From the NCBI GenBank assembly GCA_964646815.1, contig CAZYFH010000012.1, forward strand, positions 16,641-80,640: a stretch of DNA of 64,000 bases. The letters are read 5' to 3'. Shown here piece after piece: positions 54,429-64,000 of the stretch (positions are counted from its first letter, which is position 1; every line of letters begins with the position of its first letter). A model generated the notes under the pieces. It was not told where the DNA came from. It ran no database searches and saw only the letters and a list, made by a program, of their open reading frames with translations. Both the position numbers and the translations under genes were made by a program. The stretch comes from an uncultured Vicinamibacteraceae bacterium (GTDB lineage Bacteria; Acidobacteriota; Vicinamibacteria; Vicinamibacterales; UBA8438).

Positions 54429-55244
54429 GTGCGTATCGCCTATCAGGGGGTCTCTGGCGCGTACAGCGAAGCGGCGGCGCTGCGGTTCAATCCGACCGCC
54501 GACCCGGTGCCACACCAGGAGTTCGACGACGTTTTCACGGCGGTTCAGGAACGGCAGGCGACACATGGCATCCTGCCTATCGAGAACACCATCGCCGGCA
54601 CAATCCACCGCAACTACGACCTGATGCTGGAGCACGAGTTGTCGATCGTGGCGGAGGTTAAGCACCCGGTCGTCCATAACTTGGTCGTCGGCGAGGGCAT
54701 CAGTCTGAACCAGGTGCGCAAGGTCTATTCCCACCCGCAGGGCCTCGGGCAGTGCGAGCGGTTCCTGCGTACGCTGAGGGATGTCGAGCTGATCGCGACC
54801 TACGACACGGCTGGCAGCGCCAAGATGATCAAGGAGCAAGGGCTGGTCGACAGCGCGGCCATCGCCTCGGAGCGCGCGGCGCAGATCTTCGGTCTGACGG
54901 TGCTGAAGACCGGGATCCAGGACTTCGCGCACAACTTCACGCGGTTTCTCATCATCAGCCGAGACGCCGCGCCGCTCGGCGCACCGGACAAGACGACCAT
55001 CGTGTTCACCGTGTCGAACGAGGCGGGCGCGCTCTTCAAGGCGCTGAGCGTCTTCGCGCTGCGCGACATCGACCTGACGAAGCTGGAGTCGCGGCCGATC
55101 CCGGACCGGCCGTTCGAGTATCGGTTCTACGCGGATATCTCAGCCAACCGCGCGGAGCTCCGTTGCGCGCGCGCTCTCATGCATCTGGCGGAGTTCGCGC
55201 CGTCGCTGCGCACGCTCGGCTCCTATCCCGCCTGGAAGGATTGA
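54429..55244 (+). CDS. pheA: Prephenate dehydratase
   Basis: GGTGGAG before GTG 54429. [23 protein letters not shown], and ACT domain [34 protein letters not shown]. Confidence 0.85.
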   Translation: MRIAYQGVSGAYSEAAALRFNPTADPVPHQEFDDVFTAVQERQATHGILPIENTIAGTIHRNYDLMLEHELSIVAEVKHPVVHNLVVGEGISLNQVRKVYSHPQGLGQCERFLRTLRDVELIATYDTAGSAKMIKEQGLVDSAAIASERAAQIFGLTVLKTGIQDFAHNFTRFLIISRDAAPLGAPDKTTIVFTVSNEAGALFKALSVFALRDIDLTKLESRPIPDRPFEYRFYADISANRAELRCARALMHLAEFAPSLRTLGSYPAWKD

Positions 55245-55314
55245 GTCAGGAAGCCACGCACATTTCTGGGGGGCACGCGCTCAGCGCGCCTGTGTGAGCC
55301 CGCCGCCGTCGATC

Positions 55315-57444
55315 ATGTGGAACCGACTGCAACATGAACCGAGTCCGTATCTGCAGCAGCATGCGGCCAACCCGGTCGACTGGTATCCGTGGAGCGAGGA
55401 GGCGTTCGCGAAGGCACGGCAAGATGACAAGCCGATCTTTCTCTCGATCGGGTACTCGACGTGCCACTGGTGCCACGTCATGGAGCACGAATCATTTGAG
55501 AACCCGGCGATCGCCGCCGCACTGAACGATGGCTTCGTCTCGATCAAGGTCGATCGCGAGGAGCGTCCGGACGTCGACCGCGTGTACATGGCGTTCGTGC
55601 AGGCGACGACCGGCGCCGGCGGCTGGCCGATGAGCGTGTGGCTGACGCCCGAGCTCAAGCCGTTCCTGGGCGGGACGTACTTCCCGCCCGCGGCGCGCGG
55701 CGGCCGTCCCGGGTTTCCCGACGTCCTCGACGAGATCGTGCGCCGCTGGTCAGTCAATCGCAACGAGCTCGTGTCGTCGGCCGACACGATGCTCGATCGC
55801 TTGCAGCAGACGCTCGGCGCCGGAGATCGTGTGGCGGGGGAGGTGGCCGGGGTCGATGCGCTCGCGCGCGGCGTGCAGCAGTTCGTCGAGGCGTTCGACG
55901 AACGCCACGGAGGATTCGGGCAGGCTCCGAAGTTTCCTCGGCCGTCGGAGTTCCTCTTCCTGCTGCGAGAGGGAGCACGTAGCACCAATCTGGAAGCGCG
56001 GCGCATGGCGGTGGCGACGCTCGAGGCGATCGCCCGCGGGGGGATGCGCGACCACATCGGCGGGGGATTCCATCGCTACGCCGTTGACGGCGCGTGGCGC
56101 GTGCCTCATTTTGAGAAGATGCTGTACGACCAGGCGCAGCTCGTCCTAGCGTATCTGGAAGCTGGGCAGGCAACGGGCGAGCGGTTCTTCGTCGATGTTG
56201 CGGAGGACACGCTCGCCTACGTGCTCCGGGACATGACGAGCGAGGAGGGCGGTTTCTACTCGGCGGAAGATGCCGACAGCCTCCCACCAGACGCGAGTGC
56301 TCCCGATGTTGAGAAGGCCGAGGGGGCCTTCTATCTGTGGACCGAAGACGAGATCGATGCGCTACTGGGAACTGACGCCGCGATCGTTAAACGCAGGTTT
56401 GGCATTGAGCCACACGGAAACGCGCCACAGGACCCGATGGGGGAGTTCCGCGGGAAGAACATTCCCTATCTCCAGCAGCATGTCAGTGAGATTGCCACGC
56501 TTATTGGCCGATCCGAGGACGATATCCGTGAGGTGCTGCCGCGTGCGCGCCGGCAGCTGTTCGAGGCGCGGGCGAGCCGCCCTCACCCGCACGTCGATGA
56601 CAAGGTGCTGACCGCGTGGAACGGACTGATGATTGCCGCGCTCGCCCGCGCGTCGTCGCTCGTCTCCGCGCCGGCAACCGAGCAGTTTGCGCGCGCCGCC
56701 ACGCGTGCGGCGACGTTCGCGCGGCACCGTTTGTGGGACGCCGGACGCCGGGTGCTGTATCGACGAAGTTACGGCGCGCAGGTCTCGATCGACGGCTATG
56801 CCGAGGATTACGCCTTCCTTATCTGGGGCCTCCTCGAGCTGTTCCAGGTGGACAGCGAGGTCGCGTGGCTCGACTGGGCGCGCGAGCTGCAGGCACGGCA
56901 GGACGAGCTCTTCTGGGACGATGCTGATGGCGGGTGGTTCTCGACGACCGGTCGTGACCCGTCGGTGCTCCTGCGCATGAAGGAGGACTACGACGGTGCC
57001 GAGCCCGCCGCGAGCTCCGTCGCCGTCGGAAATCTGCTGACGTTGCGACACCTGACCGGCGACCCGCACGCGCTCGCCACCTGCGATCGGACGCTCGGCC
57101 GCTACGGTGCTCGCCTTGGACAGGCGGCGCGCGTCGTCCCAATGATGATGGCCGCCCTGGCGCACCGTCACGCGTCGGCGACACAGATCGTCATCGTGGG
57201 ATCGCCTGACGACGACGCCACGTGCGCACTGCAACGAGTCGTCGCGTCCCGGTATCTTCCGTTCGCGGTCCGGATCCAAGTGACATCCGCAGCGCGGCAG
57301 GCGCAGCTCGCGACTCGGTTGCCGTTCATCGGCGCAATGACCGGCGTCGAGGGGCGGCCGACGGCCTATGTGTGCTCGGATTTCACCTGTCGGGAGCCGG
57401 TGACGGCGCCGGCGGCGCTCGACGCACAGCTTCGAGACCTATAG
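55315..57444 (+). CDS. Thioredoxin-domain protein of the DUF255/YyaL (SSP411-like) family
   Basis: [59 protein letters not shown], with a C-terminal six-hairpin glycosidase-like region. Confidence 0.85.
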   Translation: MWNRLQHEPSPYLQQHAANPVDWYPWSEEAFAKARQDDKPIFLSIGYSTCHWCHVMEHESFENPAIAAALNDGFVSIKVDREERPDVDRVYMAFVQATTGAGGWPMSVWLTPELKPFLGGTYFPPAARGGRPGFPDVLDEIVRRWSVNRNELVSSADTMLDRLQQTLGAGDRVAGEVAGVDALARGVQQFVEAFDERHGGFGQAPKFPRPSEFLFLLREGARSTNLEARRMAVATLEAIARGGMRDHIGGGFHRYAVDGAWRVPHFEKMLYDQAQLVLAYLEAGQATGERFFVDVAEDTLAYVLRDMTSEEGGFYSAEDADSLPPDASAPDVEKAEGAFYLWTEDEIDALLGTDAAIVKRRFGIEPHGNAPQDPMGEFRGKNIPYLQQHVSEIATLIGRSEDDIREVLPRARRQLFEARASRPHPHVDDKVLTAWNGLMIAALARASSLVSAPATEQFARAATRAATFARHRLWDAGRRVLYRRSYGAQVSIDGYAEDYAFLIWGLLELFQVDSEVAWLDWARELQARQDELFWDDADGGWFSTTGRDPSVLLRMKEDYDGAEPAASSVAVGNLLTLRHLTGDPHALATCDRTLGRYGARLGQAARVVPMMMAALAHRHASATQIVIVGSPDDDATCALQRVVASRYLPFAVRIQVTSAARQAQLATRLPFIGAMTGVEGRPTAYVCSDFTCREPVTAPAALDAQLRDL

Positions 57445-57503
57445 ACTGTGGCCCTGTGTCCGGCTCATGAGCGTCTCGCCAATCACCTCGAACCCCGACG
57501 TTG

Positions 57504-57854
57504 ATGACCTTCAACGTTGAAGTGCTCCTGAAGGGCAAGGAACACGTCGTCGACGAATCGGTGCATCTCGACGGTCCCGATGCCTCCGAGTGGGCCGATG
57601 ACGACGTTCGCCGTATCCTGACCCTTACCCTTGGCATTTACGACAAGGTGCTGAATCCGTCGGCCGAGACGCGCTCGGTCTCGATGCAGGGGTTTAGCTG
57701 GATCGTGACCCCGGCCGACGGCGGGGTGGCAATCGCTATCGAGGTGTCGACCGGGGTAGTCGTGGCGGGGCCGTTCGATGCCGATGCGGATGAGCTCACC
57801 GCGACGATTCAACGCGTGCTGGCCAACCGGGCCGGCGGCGACCGCGTACACTGA
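57504..57854 (+). CDS. Hypothetical protein
   Basis: 116 aa ORF with no recognisable motif. Confidence 0.4.
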   Translation: MTFNVEVLLKGKEHVVDESVHLDGPDASEWADDDVRRILTLTLGIYDKVLNPSAETRSVSMQGFSWIVTPADGGVAIAIEVSTGVVVAGPFDADADELTATIQRVLANRAGGDRVH

Positions 57855-57947
57855 CGGCGCCGATTAGTGCGGTTGGTCGCGGCCCATTAATCGCTTGAGG
57901 AATCCGATCAGGATTGGGAACCCCTCGGGCTTGTAGAAGCGTTGGGA

Positions 57948-58268
57948 CTAGTGGTGTGGCAACGCGGCCTTCTCTTTCTCCAGGAGTTGCTCCCCGGTCA
58001 GCACGATGCCGGGCGTGCGCGACTGTACCGGTCGACTGCGTAGTTGAGCCGTCAGATCGATCCCCGAGTGCTTCCCTGACAAATGCACGTCGAGGATGAA
58101 CGCGTCGACAGGGCTGGTATCGGCTAGTTCCTGCGCTTCCTCGACCGAGGTCGCCTTGAGGGCACAGCATCCGTGGCGTTTCAGGAAGGATCCGAGGACC
58201 ATGCGGATGCTCGGCTCGTTGTCCAGAACGAGGACGCGCGCTGAACTGGAAACGGGGTTCGTGCTCAC
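57948..58268 (-). CDS. Single-domain response regulator (CheY-like receiver)
   Basis: ARVLVLDNEPSIRMVLGSFLKRHG..VDAFILDVHLSGKHSGIDL..PGIVLTG. GTG start at 58268. Confidence 0.75.
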   Translation of the reverse strand: MSTNPVSSSARVLVLDNEPSIRMVLGSFLKRHGCCALKATSVEEAQELADTSPVDAFILDVHLSGKHSGIDLTAQLRSRPVQSRTPGIVLTGEQLLEKEKAALPHH

Positions 58269-58521
58269 GTGATTCAGCTTGCCTGGCTGGGGGCGAACCG
58301 ACGCCTCCTCGAAGCTACCGTGAGGAATGTCTCCTGCCGTTTTCCTGATCCCCCGCGGCGGACACGAGATCCGTCAAATCGTGTTCGTCGAGAATGACTT
58401 AGCGATACGTCGGAGGGAGGCGTCTGAGGCGCGGGCCGGGATGGCCGATTCGTTGCCCCGTCGGCCAAACTATCGGCCGAGCACCCGTCAGCGACCGCGA
58501 CACCGACGCACCAAGAACGGG

Positions 58522-58809
58522 TTACGAACCCCGCTGGGGTGGCGATGGCCGAGCGTCTGTCGCGATGAGCTTATCGAAGAGCCAGAAGAGGAAGAAAACG
58601 ACCGCGCAACCCCCTAGAAACGCGAGGTGCGCCTGGGTATAGGTGGCGAACGCGGCAAACTGGAGGTTTGGGCCGAGCGCCACGACGTAGAACAAGGCGG
58701 CTCCCAAGAGCCAAAAGATGCGGCGGCGAGTTGGTGTCGCGTCGGTTCCCCGCAGCCGTGCCGATCGTCGTGCCACCACCTGACCTCCGTGAACTCGGTC
58801 CGTAAGCAT
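58522..58809 (-). CDS. Possible small two-TM membrane protein
   Basis: An internal ATG of ORF 58522..59079 gives RRIFWLLGAALFYVVALGP and GGCAVVFFLFWLF helices. Support is weak. Confidence 0.3.
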   Translation of the reverse strand: MLTDRVHGGQVVARRSARLRGTDATPTRRRIFWLLGAALFYVVALGPNLQFAAFATYTQAHLAFLGGCAVVFFLFWLFDKLIATDARPSPPQRGS

Positions 58810-58950
58810 GGCCTCTGGCCGCTTGCGTGTCAACTCAACGCGCAGATCCCATCGTCTCACCACAACCTGACGTTTTGCGGTCTCGCCCGGGCGCTCGGCG
58901 CGAGATCTGCTGTAATATGCGACGTTATCCAGTTGCAAGAGAGGTGCCCC

Positions 58951-59988
58951 ATGAAGAGTCTGGGACTTGTGATCGCGCTGACGCTCGTCGCCGTCGTTGT
59001 GTCGAGTGGACCGGTTGTCGCTCAGAACGAGGCGTCCCAGGACGAGCAGTGGAGCGTGCCGCGAACGGCGTCCGGTCAACCCAATCTTCAGGGCATCTGG
59101 GCGAACAACGTCGCCACGCCGCTGGAGCGTCCGGTCGCGTTCGAGGGGAAAGACGTCCTCACCGATGAGGAGTTAGCGGAGCTCAAGGAGCAGATCGCGG
59201 GTGTGCTCGATGGTGGCGATGCCGTGTTCGGGGACGGGCTCGTGGCGGCGGCGCTCAAGGAGAACAGCGACTACCTGACGTTTGACGAGACGACGGGTAA
59301 CTACAGCCAGGTATGGCTGGTCGAGCGCGATGTCGATAACCGAACGTCGCTCCTCGTCGATCCGCCGGACGGACGGCTTCCGGCCATGATCCCGGCGGCC
59401 GCCGAACGGGTGGCGGTCCGCGGCGCCTATCTCGCCGACCACCCCGCCGACTCGTGGGAAGACCGGATGCTCAACGAGCGGTGCATCACGTTCGGTCTGC
59501 CCAACCTGCTCGCTGGCTACAACAGCTACTACCAGATCCTCCAGACCGACGACCACGTGGCGATCTTGCAGGAGCTGATTCATGACGTCCGCATCATCCC
59601 GCTCGACAACCGACCGCACGTCGATGACGCGATCCGCCACGTGCACGGCGACTCGCGCGGACACTGGGAGGGAGATACGCTCGTCGTCGAGACGACCAAC
59701 TTCGCGGCGAACGTGGACTCGCCGGGCGCCCTGGCGATGAGGTTGCTCAGAGGGGTGAGCCGGGAGCTCAGCCTCGTGGAGCGCTTCACCCGTGTCGGTC
59801 CAGACAAGATGGATTACGAGGTCACGGTCAGGAACCCGACGCTGTGGGACCGGCCGTGGACGATCCTCATACCGCTCAGCGGGACCACGGAGCCGATTTT
59901 TGAGTATGCCTGCCACGAGGGGAACTACGGGATGGAAGGTATCCTGGCAGGGCACCGGGTGCAGGAACGGGACGCAGGGTCCAGGTAG
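58951..59988 (+). CDS. Secreted protein of unknown function (paralog of 22495..23385)
   Basis: AGAGAGG before ATG 58951. Signal MKSLGLVIALTLVAVVVSSGPVVAQ. GQPNLQGIW, LVERFTRVGPDKMDYEVTVRNPTLWDRPWT and FEYACHEGNYGMEG. Confidence 0.75.
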   Translation: MKSLGLVIALTLVAVVVSSGPVVAQNEASQDEQWSVPRTASGQPNLQGIWANNVATPLERPVAFEGKDVLTDEELAELKEQIAGVLDGGDAVFGDGLVAAALKENSDYLTFDETTGNYSQVWLVERDVDNRTSLLVDPPDGRLPAMIPAAAERVAVRGAYLADHPADSWEDRMLNERCITFGLPNLLAGYNSYYQILQTDDHVAILQELIHDVRIIPLDNRPHVDDAIRHVHGDSRGHWEGDTLVVETTNFAANVDSPGALAMRLLRGVSRELSLVERFTRVGPDKMDYEVTVRNPTLWDRPWTILIPLSGTTEPIFEYACHEGNYGMEGILAGHRVQERDAGSR

Positions 59989-59990
59989 CC

Positions 59991-60602
59991 ATGAGCTTCG
60001 GAGGGACGCAGATGCAGCGCTCAGCAGTCATCGTTCTCGGAATTCTCGTGTGCGCGGGCATCGGGGCGCCGGCCCCGACTGGCGCCGCCGCCCAGGCTGG
60101 CGGATGGACGACGTTGTTCGACGGCTCGAGCCTCGACGGGTGGAACCCGATCGGCAACGCGAACTGGGAACTGGCGGACGGGGCCGTCCAGGCCGACAGT
60201 GGGAGCGGGTTCCTCGTGACCGACGACTCTTACGGAGACTTCGAGTTGACGCTGGAGTTCTGGGTCGATGAGCCGGCAAACAGCGGCATCTTTATTCGGT
60301 GTGCCGATCCCCAGAGCGTCAACGACCGGAACTCGTACGAAGTGAACATCTACGATACGCGCGCCGATCAGACCTACCGGACCGGCGGGATTGTCCACAT
60401 CGCGTCCCCGCAGAGCGTCATCATGACCGGCGGGAAGTGGAACTCCTACGAGATCACCGCTCGCGGCTCGCGATTGGTGGTCAGCCTCAACGGCCAGCCG
60501 ATGGTCGACGTTGAGGACAGCCAGTTCGCCGCCGGACCGATCGCCCTGCAGTACGGCGCGGGTGTCGTGAAGTTCCGTGACGTTCGGATCAGACCGCTGT
60601 AG
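59991..60602 (+). CDS. DUF1080 (3-keto-disaccharide hydrolase-like, LamG fold) secreted protein
   Basis: GWTTLFDGSSLDGWNPIGNANWELADGAV, YGDFELTLEFW, NSGIFIR, YEVNIYD and VKFRDVRIRPL. Confidence 0.85.
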   Translation: MSFGGTQMQRSAVIVLGILVCAGIGAPAPTGAAAQAGGWTTLFDGSSLDGWNPIGNANWELADGAVQADSGSGFLVTDDSYGDFELTLEFWVDEPANSGIFIRCADPQSVNDRNSYEVNIYDTRADQTYRTGGIVHIASPQSVIMTGGKWNSYEITARGSRLVVSLNGQPMVDVEDSQFAAGPIALQYGAGVVKFRDVRIRPL

Positions 60603-60639
60603 CTCTGTCGTGCCACGCCGCCACCTCGCGTGTCCGGTC

Positions 60640-61875
60640 ATGGCCGGCGGTCGCACGGCGGCCACCCTGCTGGCGGCGTTGACCGTCGGGTTGGTCTCGT
60701 CGGTTGCCGCGCAAGACCTACCCGTTGGGCCGCCGCTCCGGCCGCTCGTGCTCGAGGCGCAAGGCGGTCAGCGGATCCGCGTGGTGCCGATCGCTACCGG
60801 CCTCGAACATCCCTGGAGTGTTGCGTTCCTGCCGGACGGTCGCACCATGTTGGTGACCGAGCGTCCGGGTCGCCTGCGGATCATCCGGGACGACGGGCTC
60901 GACCCGAGCCCGGTTGAGGGGGTGCCGGAGGTCGTCAATACCTACATCGGCGGCCTCAACGAGGTCGCCCTCCATCCGGACTTCGCCGCCAATCGCCTGG
61001 TGTACCTCTCCTACTCCAAGTCCGGGGAGCAGGGGACGACGCTGGCGCTAGCGCGCGGGCGGTTCGACGGAACCGCGCTGACCGACGTCCGCGACATCTT
61101 CGTGGCCGACGCCTGGGAAGAGGCGGGACCGACCACGAGAGGGGGAGGCGGCACCTACGGCGGCCGGATCACCTTCGGGCCCGATGGCATGCTCTACCTG
61201 ACCGTCGCGGACCGCGATACGATGGTGCTCACCGGCGACCCGGAGGTTCGGATGCGCGCGCAGAACCTGGGCGACCACGTCGGCAAGGTGCTCCGCCTGC
61301 GCGACGACGGCAGCGTGCCGGACGACAACCCCTTCGTCGGCCGACCGGACGCCCGCCCGGAGATTTACACCTACGGGCATCGCAATGCTTACGGGCTAGC
61401 CTTTCACCCGGAGACCGGTGAGCTCTGGGAGGTCGAGATCGGTCCGCTGGCCGGCGACGAGGTTAACATTCTCATCCCGGGGCGGAACTACGGCTGGCCG
61501 CTCGTCTCGCTTGGGCGCGAGTACAGCGGCAACTTCGTGTCAGATCGGCCGTGGTGGCGCCCCGACATGGAGATGCCGCTCATCTTCTGGGTGCCGGCCA
61601 TCAGTCCGTCGGGGATGACGTTCTACACCGGCGACCGGTTTCCCGCGTGGCAGGGGAACCTGTTCGTCAGCGCGCTCGGGTCGCAGCAGCTCCAGCGGAT
61701 TGTCTTCAACGACGGCATGCCCATCGGTCGCCCTGAGTCGTTGCTGACCGAGCTCGGGCAGCGTTTTCGCGATGTGCGGCAAGGTCCAGACGGGTATCTC
61801 TACGTCCTCACCGAGGCACGGGTGATGGGAGACGATGGGCTAGGGGCCGTCCTGCGGATCGAACCTGCACATTGA
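60640..61875 (+). CDS. PQQ-dependent soluble sugar dehydrogenase (YliI/sorbosone dehydrogenase family)
   Basis: Signal peptide present. GLEHPWSVAFLPDGRTMLVTERPGRLRII, EIYTYGHRNAYGLAFHP, and NYGWP. Confidence 0.85.
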   Translation: MAGGRTAATLLAALTVGLVSSVAAQDLPVGPPLRPLVLEAQGGQRIRVVPIATGLEHPWSVAFLPDGRTMLVTERPGRLRIIRDDGLDPSPVEGVPEVVNTYIGGLNEVALHPDFAANRLVYLSYSKSGEQGTTLALARGRFDGTALTDVRDIFVADAWEEAGPTTRGGGGTYGGRITFGPDGMLYLTVADRDTMVLTGDPEVRMRAQNLGDHVGKVLRLRDDGSVPDDNPFVGRPDARPEIYTYGHRNAYGLAFHPETGELWEVEIGPLAGDEVNILIPGRNYGWPLVSLGREYSGNFVSDRPWWRPDMEMPLIFWVPAISPSGMTFYTGDRFPAWQGNLFVSALGSQQLQRIVFNDGMPIGRPESLLTELGQRFRDVRQGPDGYLYVLTEARVMGDDGLGAVLRIEPAH

Positions 61876-61944
61876 CTTCGGCCGGGCATTCGCCCTCCAT
61901 GCGGGCGTTTGTCTGAGCCCACCGCCGAAGCGTTAGGATCGGGG

Positions 61945-63084
61945 ATGCGAACCACACTGCTGACACTCTCGGTCGTGCTGCTGACAGCCTGCACCTCGGA
62001 GGAGCAAGCGCCGAGCGTGGACTCCGCGCCGCCCCCGCCCCCGGCGCCAATGCTGGCGGTCTCGGCCGATTGGCTGAACGGAAGCGTCTCGTTACTCGAC
62101 CGAGACGTCTTGCTCGCCCCTGGCGCCACCTTCGATGATGCGTTGATTGCGCGGATGGACGTTGGCGTTCCAGGCGAGCAGGGGCCCCTCACCGTCGCGA
62201 CCACCGCCGACGGCAGACACGCCATCATCGTACGCTCCAACGGCGTCATGGCGTTCGTGGGCGGACAGATCGGGATCGACGCCGACGCACTTCCGGAGGC
62301 TGGCGCCGGTATCACGTTGATCGACCTCGAGATGCGGGCGGTCGTCGCCGAGACTCCCATCGCCGGTCTGCCGATCATGGCCGCGATCGATGATCAGCGT
62401 GACCAGGTGTTCGTCAGCCTCTTCGGTGGGGTCGATGTCAATGGCAGCATTGCCGTGTACGACCTCGACGGGCTTACACTGATCGAGCAGGTCGAGGTGG
62501 CGCCGGCAGTAGAGGGGCTCGCGATTAACGATGCCGGAACCCGGGGGGCGGTGATCGGCGCCGTCGATGGCCTCTTTCTCTTTGATCCCGCCGACCCTGC
62601 GGGCACCCTCAGCCAGACGCCGCTGAAGCTGTCCGATGACAGCTCTGGCGTCACGTTCATTTCCGGAACGGAACGCGCCGTCGTGGCCAACTCCGTGAAT
62701 CCCAGCAACTATGTCGTCGTCGACGCCGCGGATCTCGACGCGCCCGTGGTCGTCGACGAAGGCGACACACTGGACGCCGTGCCCTACATGATCGGGGCTG
62801 TCCCGAACCGCGAAGAGGTCGTCATGCCGGTGGCCGGCGATGGATCACTCCGGCTGATCCACGTCGACGTCTCGCAGATCCCAGCCCACACGATGCACGA
62901 CATCGAGGTGGCCGACGTGCTCACCTTCCCGCAGGCGGTGACGGTGGATCCGGACGGGCGCTACGCCTACATCGGTGCCGCCGGCTCGAAGGAGCTGTTG
63001 ATCTTCGATCTCCAGGAAGGCAGCGTACAACGTCGGAGCTGGTTGGGCGAATTGGGGCCGACCGCGCTGGCCGTGGCGCCGTAG
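61945..63084 (+). CDS. Beta-propeller lipoprotein (YVTN/lactonase-like repeats)
   Basis: MRTTLLTLSVVLLTAC lipobox, with a repeated strand pattern typical of a 7-bladed propeller. Family not identified. Confidence 0.55.
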   Translation: MRTTLLTLSVVLLTACTSEEQAPSVDSAPPPPPAPMLAVSADWLNGSVSLLDRDVLLAPGATFDDALIARMDVGVPGEQGPLTVATTADGRHAIIVRSNGVMAFVGGQIGIDADALPEAGAGITLIDLEMRAVVAETPIAGLPIMAAIDDQRDQVFVSLFGGVDVNGSIAVYDLDGLTLIEQVEVAPAVEGLAINDAGTRGAVIGAVDGLFLFDPADPAGTLSQTPLKLSDDSSGVTFISGTERAVVANSVNPSNYVVVDAADLDAPVVVDEGDTLDAVPYMIGAVPNREEVVMPVAGDGSLRLIHVDVSQIPAHTMHDIEVADVLTFPQAVTVDPDGRYAYIGAAGSKELLIFDLQEGSVQRRSWLGELGPTALAVAP

Positions 63085-63110
63085 GAGGAGTCACGCTACG
63101 CAATTCCTTT

Positions 63111-64000
63111 GTGTACGGCAGGAAGTTTCGCCTCCACCGAACGGGACTCGCCTTGGTGGTTTTGGTCACGGTGGTCGCCGGTGTCGCGGCGCAGCCCCCC
63201 GCCACCCCGTATCCTCTCGTCGAGGACTGGCCGCAGCTTCCGACGCGCATGAACGGTGGGGAGTGGGGAGAGACAATCGGTGTGGATCGTGACCCGGACG
63301 GAAACATCTGGGTCCTGCATCGGTGCTTTGCCACCCTGCCCGCCGGAGCGGCCACCTGCGTCGGTCGAGACGACGCCCCTCCGATTCTCAAGTTCACGCC
63401 ATCCGGCCGGTTCATCGGGAGCTGGGGCGAAGGGCAGTTCGCGTTCCCGCACGGGTTCCACATCGATCCGGACGGCAACATTTGGGCGACCGACGCCAAC
63501 GGGAGTGAAACCGTGCTCGGCCTGTCGGCCGAGGGACGGGGGCATCAGGTCTTCAAGTTCAGCCCGACCGGTGAGGTGTTGTTAACGCTCGGGAAGGCGG
63601 GGATCGCAGGAAACGGTCCGGACGCGTTCGACCGGCCGACCGACGTCGCAGTGGCCCCGAACGGTGACATTTTCGTGACTGATGGCCATGGACCCAACAA
63701 CCGCGTGGTGAAGTTCGCGAAGGACGGCCGGTTCATCATGGCCTGGGGACAGACTGGCACGAGGCCAGGCGAGTTCAATCAACCGCACACCATCGCTTTG
63801 GATTCGAGAGGGCGGGTGTTCGTCGGCGATCGGTCGAACAGCCGCATTCAGGTCTTCGATCCTGACGGGACCTTCATCGTCGAATGGAGCCAGTTTGGCC
63901 GACCGAGCGGCATTTTCATCGACGAGAACGATAGTCTCTACGTGACCGACTCGACGTCGAATTCGAGAAACAACCCCGACTGGAAACGAGGGATCTACAT
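63111..64000 (+). CDS. NHL-repeat PAL-like beta-propeller (partial, runs off window end; absent from the supplied ORF track)
   Basis: GTG 63111 gives YGRKFRLHRTGLALVVLVTVVAGVAAQ. Frame open to nt 64000. GVDRDPDGNIWVLHRC, FHIDPDGNIWATD, VTDGHGPNNRVVKFAKDGRF, VGDRSNSRIQVFDPDGTF. Confidence 0.75.
   Translation, partial: MYGRKFRLHRTGLALVVLVTVVAGVAAQPPATPYPLVEDWPQLPTRMNGGEWGETIGVDRDPDGNIWVLHRCFATLPAGAATCVGRDDAPPILKFTPSGRFIGSWGEGQFAFPHGFHIDPDGNIWATDANGSETVLGLSAEGRGHQVFKFSPTGEVLLTLGKAGIAGNGPDAFDRPTDVAVAPNGDIFVTDGHGPNNRVVKFAKDGRFIMAWGQTGTRPGEFNQPHTIALDSRGRVFVGDRSNSRIQVFDPDGTFIVEWSQFGRPSGIFIDENDSLYVTDSTSNSRNNPDWKRGIY

Noticed and set aside
57945-57952. ACTAGTGG at the response-regulator stop, resembling the element terminus
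   Set aside because: It is only the codons His-His-stop (CAC CAC TAG) read on the other strand. No element core follows.
1-64000. CRISPR arrays, tRNA/rRNA genes, integrases or transposases, and known defence-system signatures
   Set aside because: None were seen on either strand by eye: no regular short repeat-spacer periodicity and no T-loop GGTTCGAATCC-type motifs outside coding context. Absence is not proven without tRNAscan, Infernal or HMM scans.

Overview
GC-rich bacterial chromosomal window. A TIGR03436-style VWFA protein and many PQQ, NHL and TonB-dependent proteins suggest an Acidobacteriota-like organism, but that is inference only. I support about 60 protein-coding genes. By eye I found no rRNA, tRNA or CRISPR array, and no transposase or integrase.

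Layout:
- 1-345: decayed toxin-antitoxin remnant.
- 421-4728: translationally coupled trio led by an 8x PASTA-repeat surface protein.
- 5451-9087: secreted trio that looks like a split peptidylglycine alpha-amidating monooxygenase (heme-c/PHM-like protein, unknown protein, PAL-like NHL propeller).
- 9196-27117: probable metal-uptake island. It holds a CusRS-type two-component system, two TonB-dependent receptors, a PepSY protein, three c-type cytochromes and several paralogous unknown secreted or membrane proteins.
- 27114-30185: envelope genes.
- 30269-34249: ceramidase plus acyl-CoA ligase operon.
- 37850-42266: attEFGH-like ABC cluster.
- 42277-47493: prpE, copCD, a Tat-signal DSD1-like PLP enzyme and a ferredoxin.
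- 47510-51778: methylcrotonyl-CoA carboxylase genes.
- 51870-57444: housekeeping genes (pcm, pheA, DUF255).
- 58951-64000: periplasmic oxidoreductase cluster.

Strongest sequence-level discovery: a four-copy family of 142-181 nt elements with terminal inverted repeats and CTAG flanks (MITE-like). They sit exactly on gene stop codons, and one copy lies at the point where a normally fused MCC alpha subunit is split into separate BC and BCCP ORFs.

Several loci carry in-frame stop codons and are probably pseudogenes. All functional calls come from reading the translated ORFs; no database search was run.
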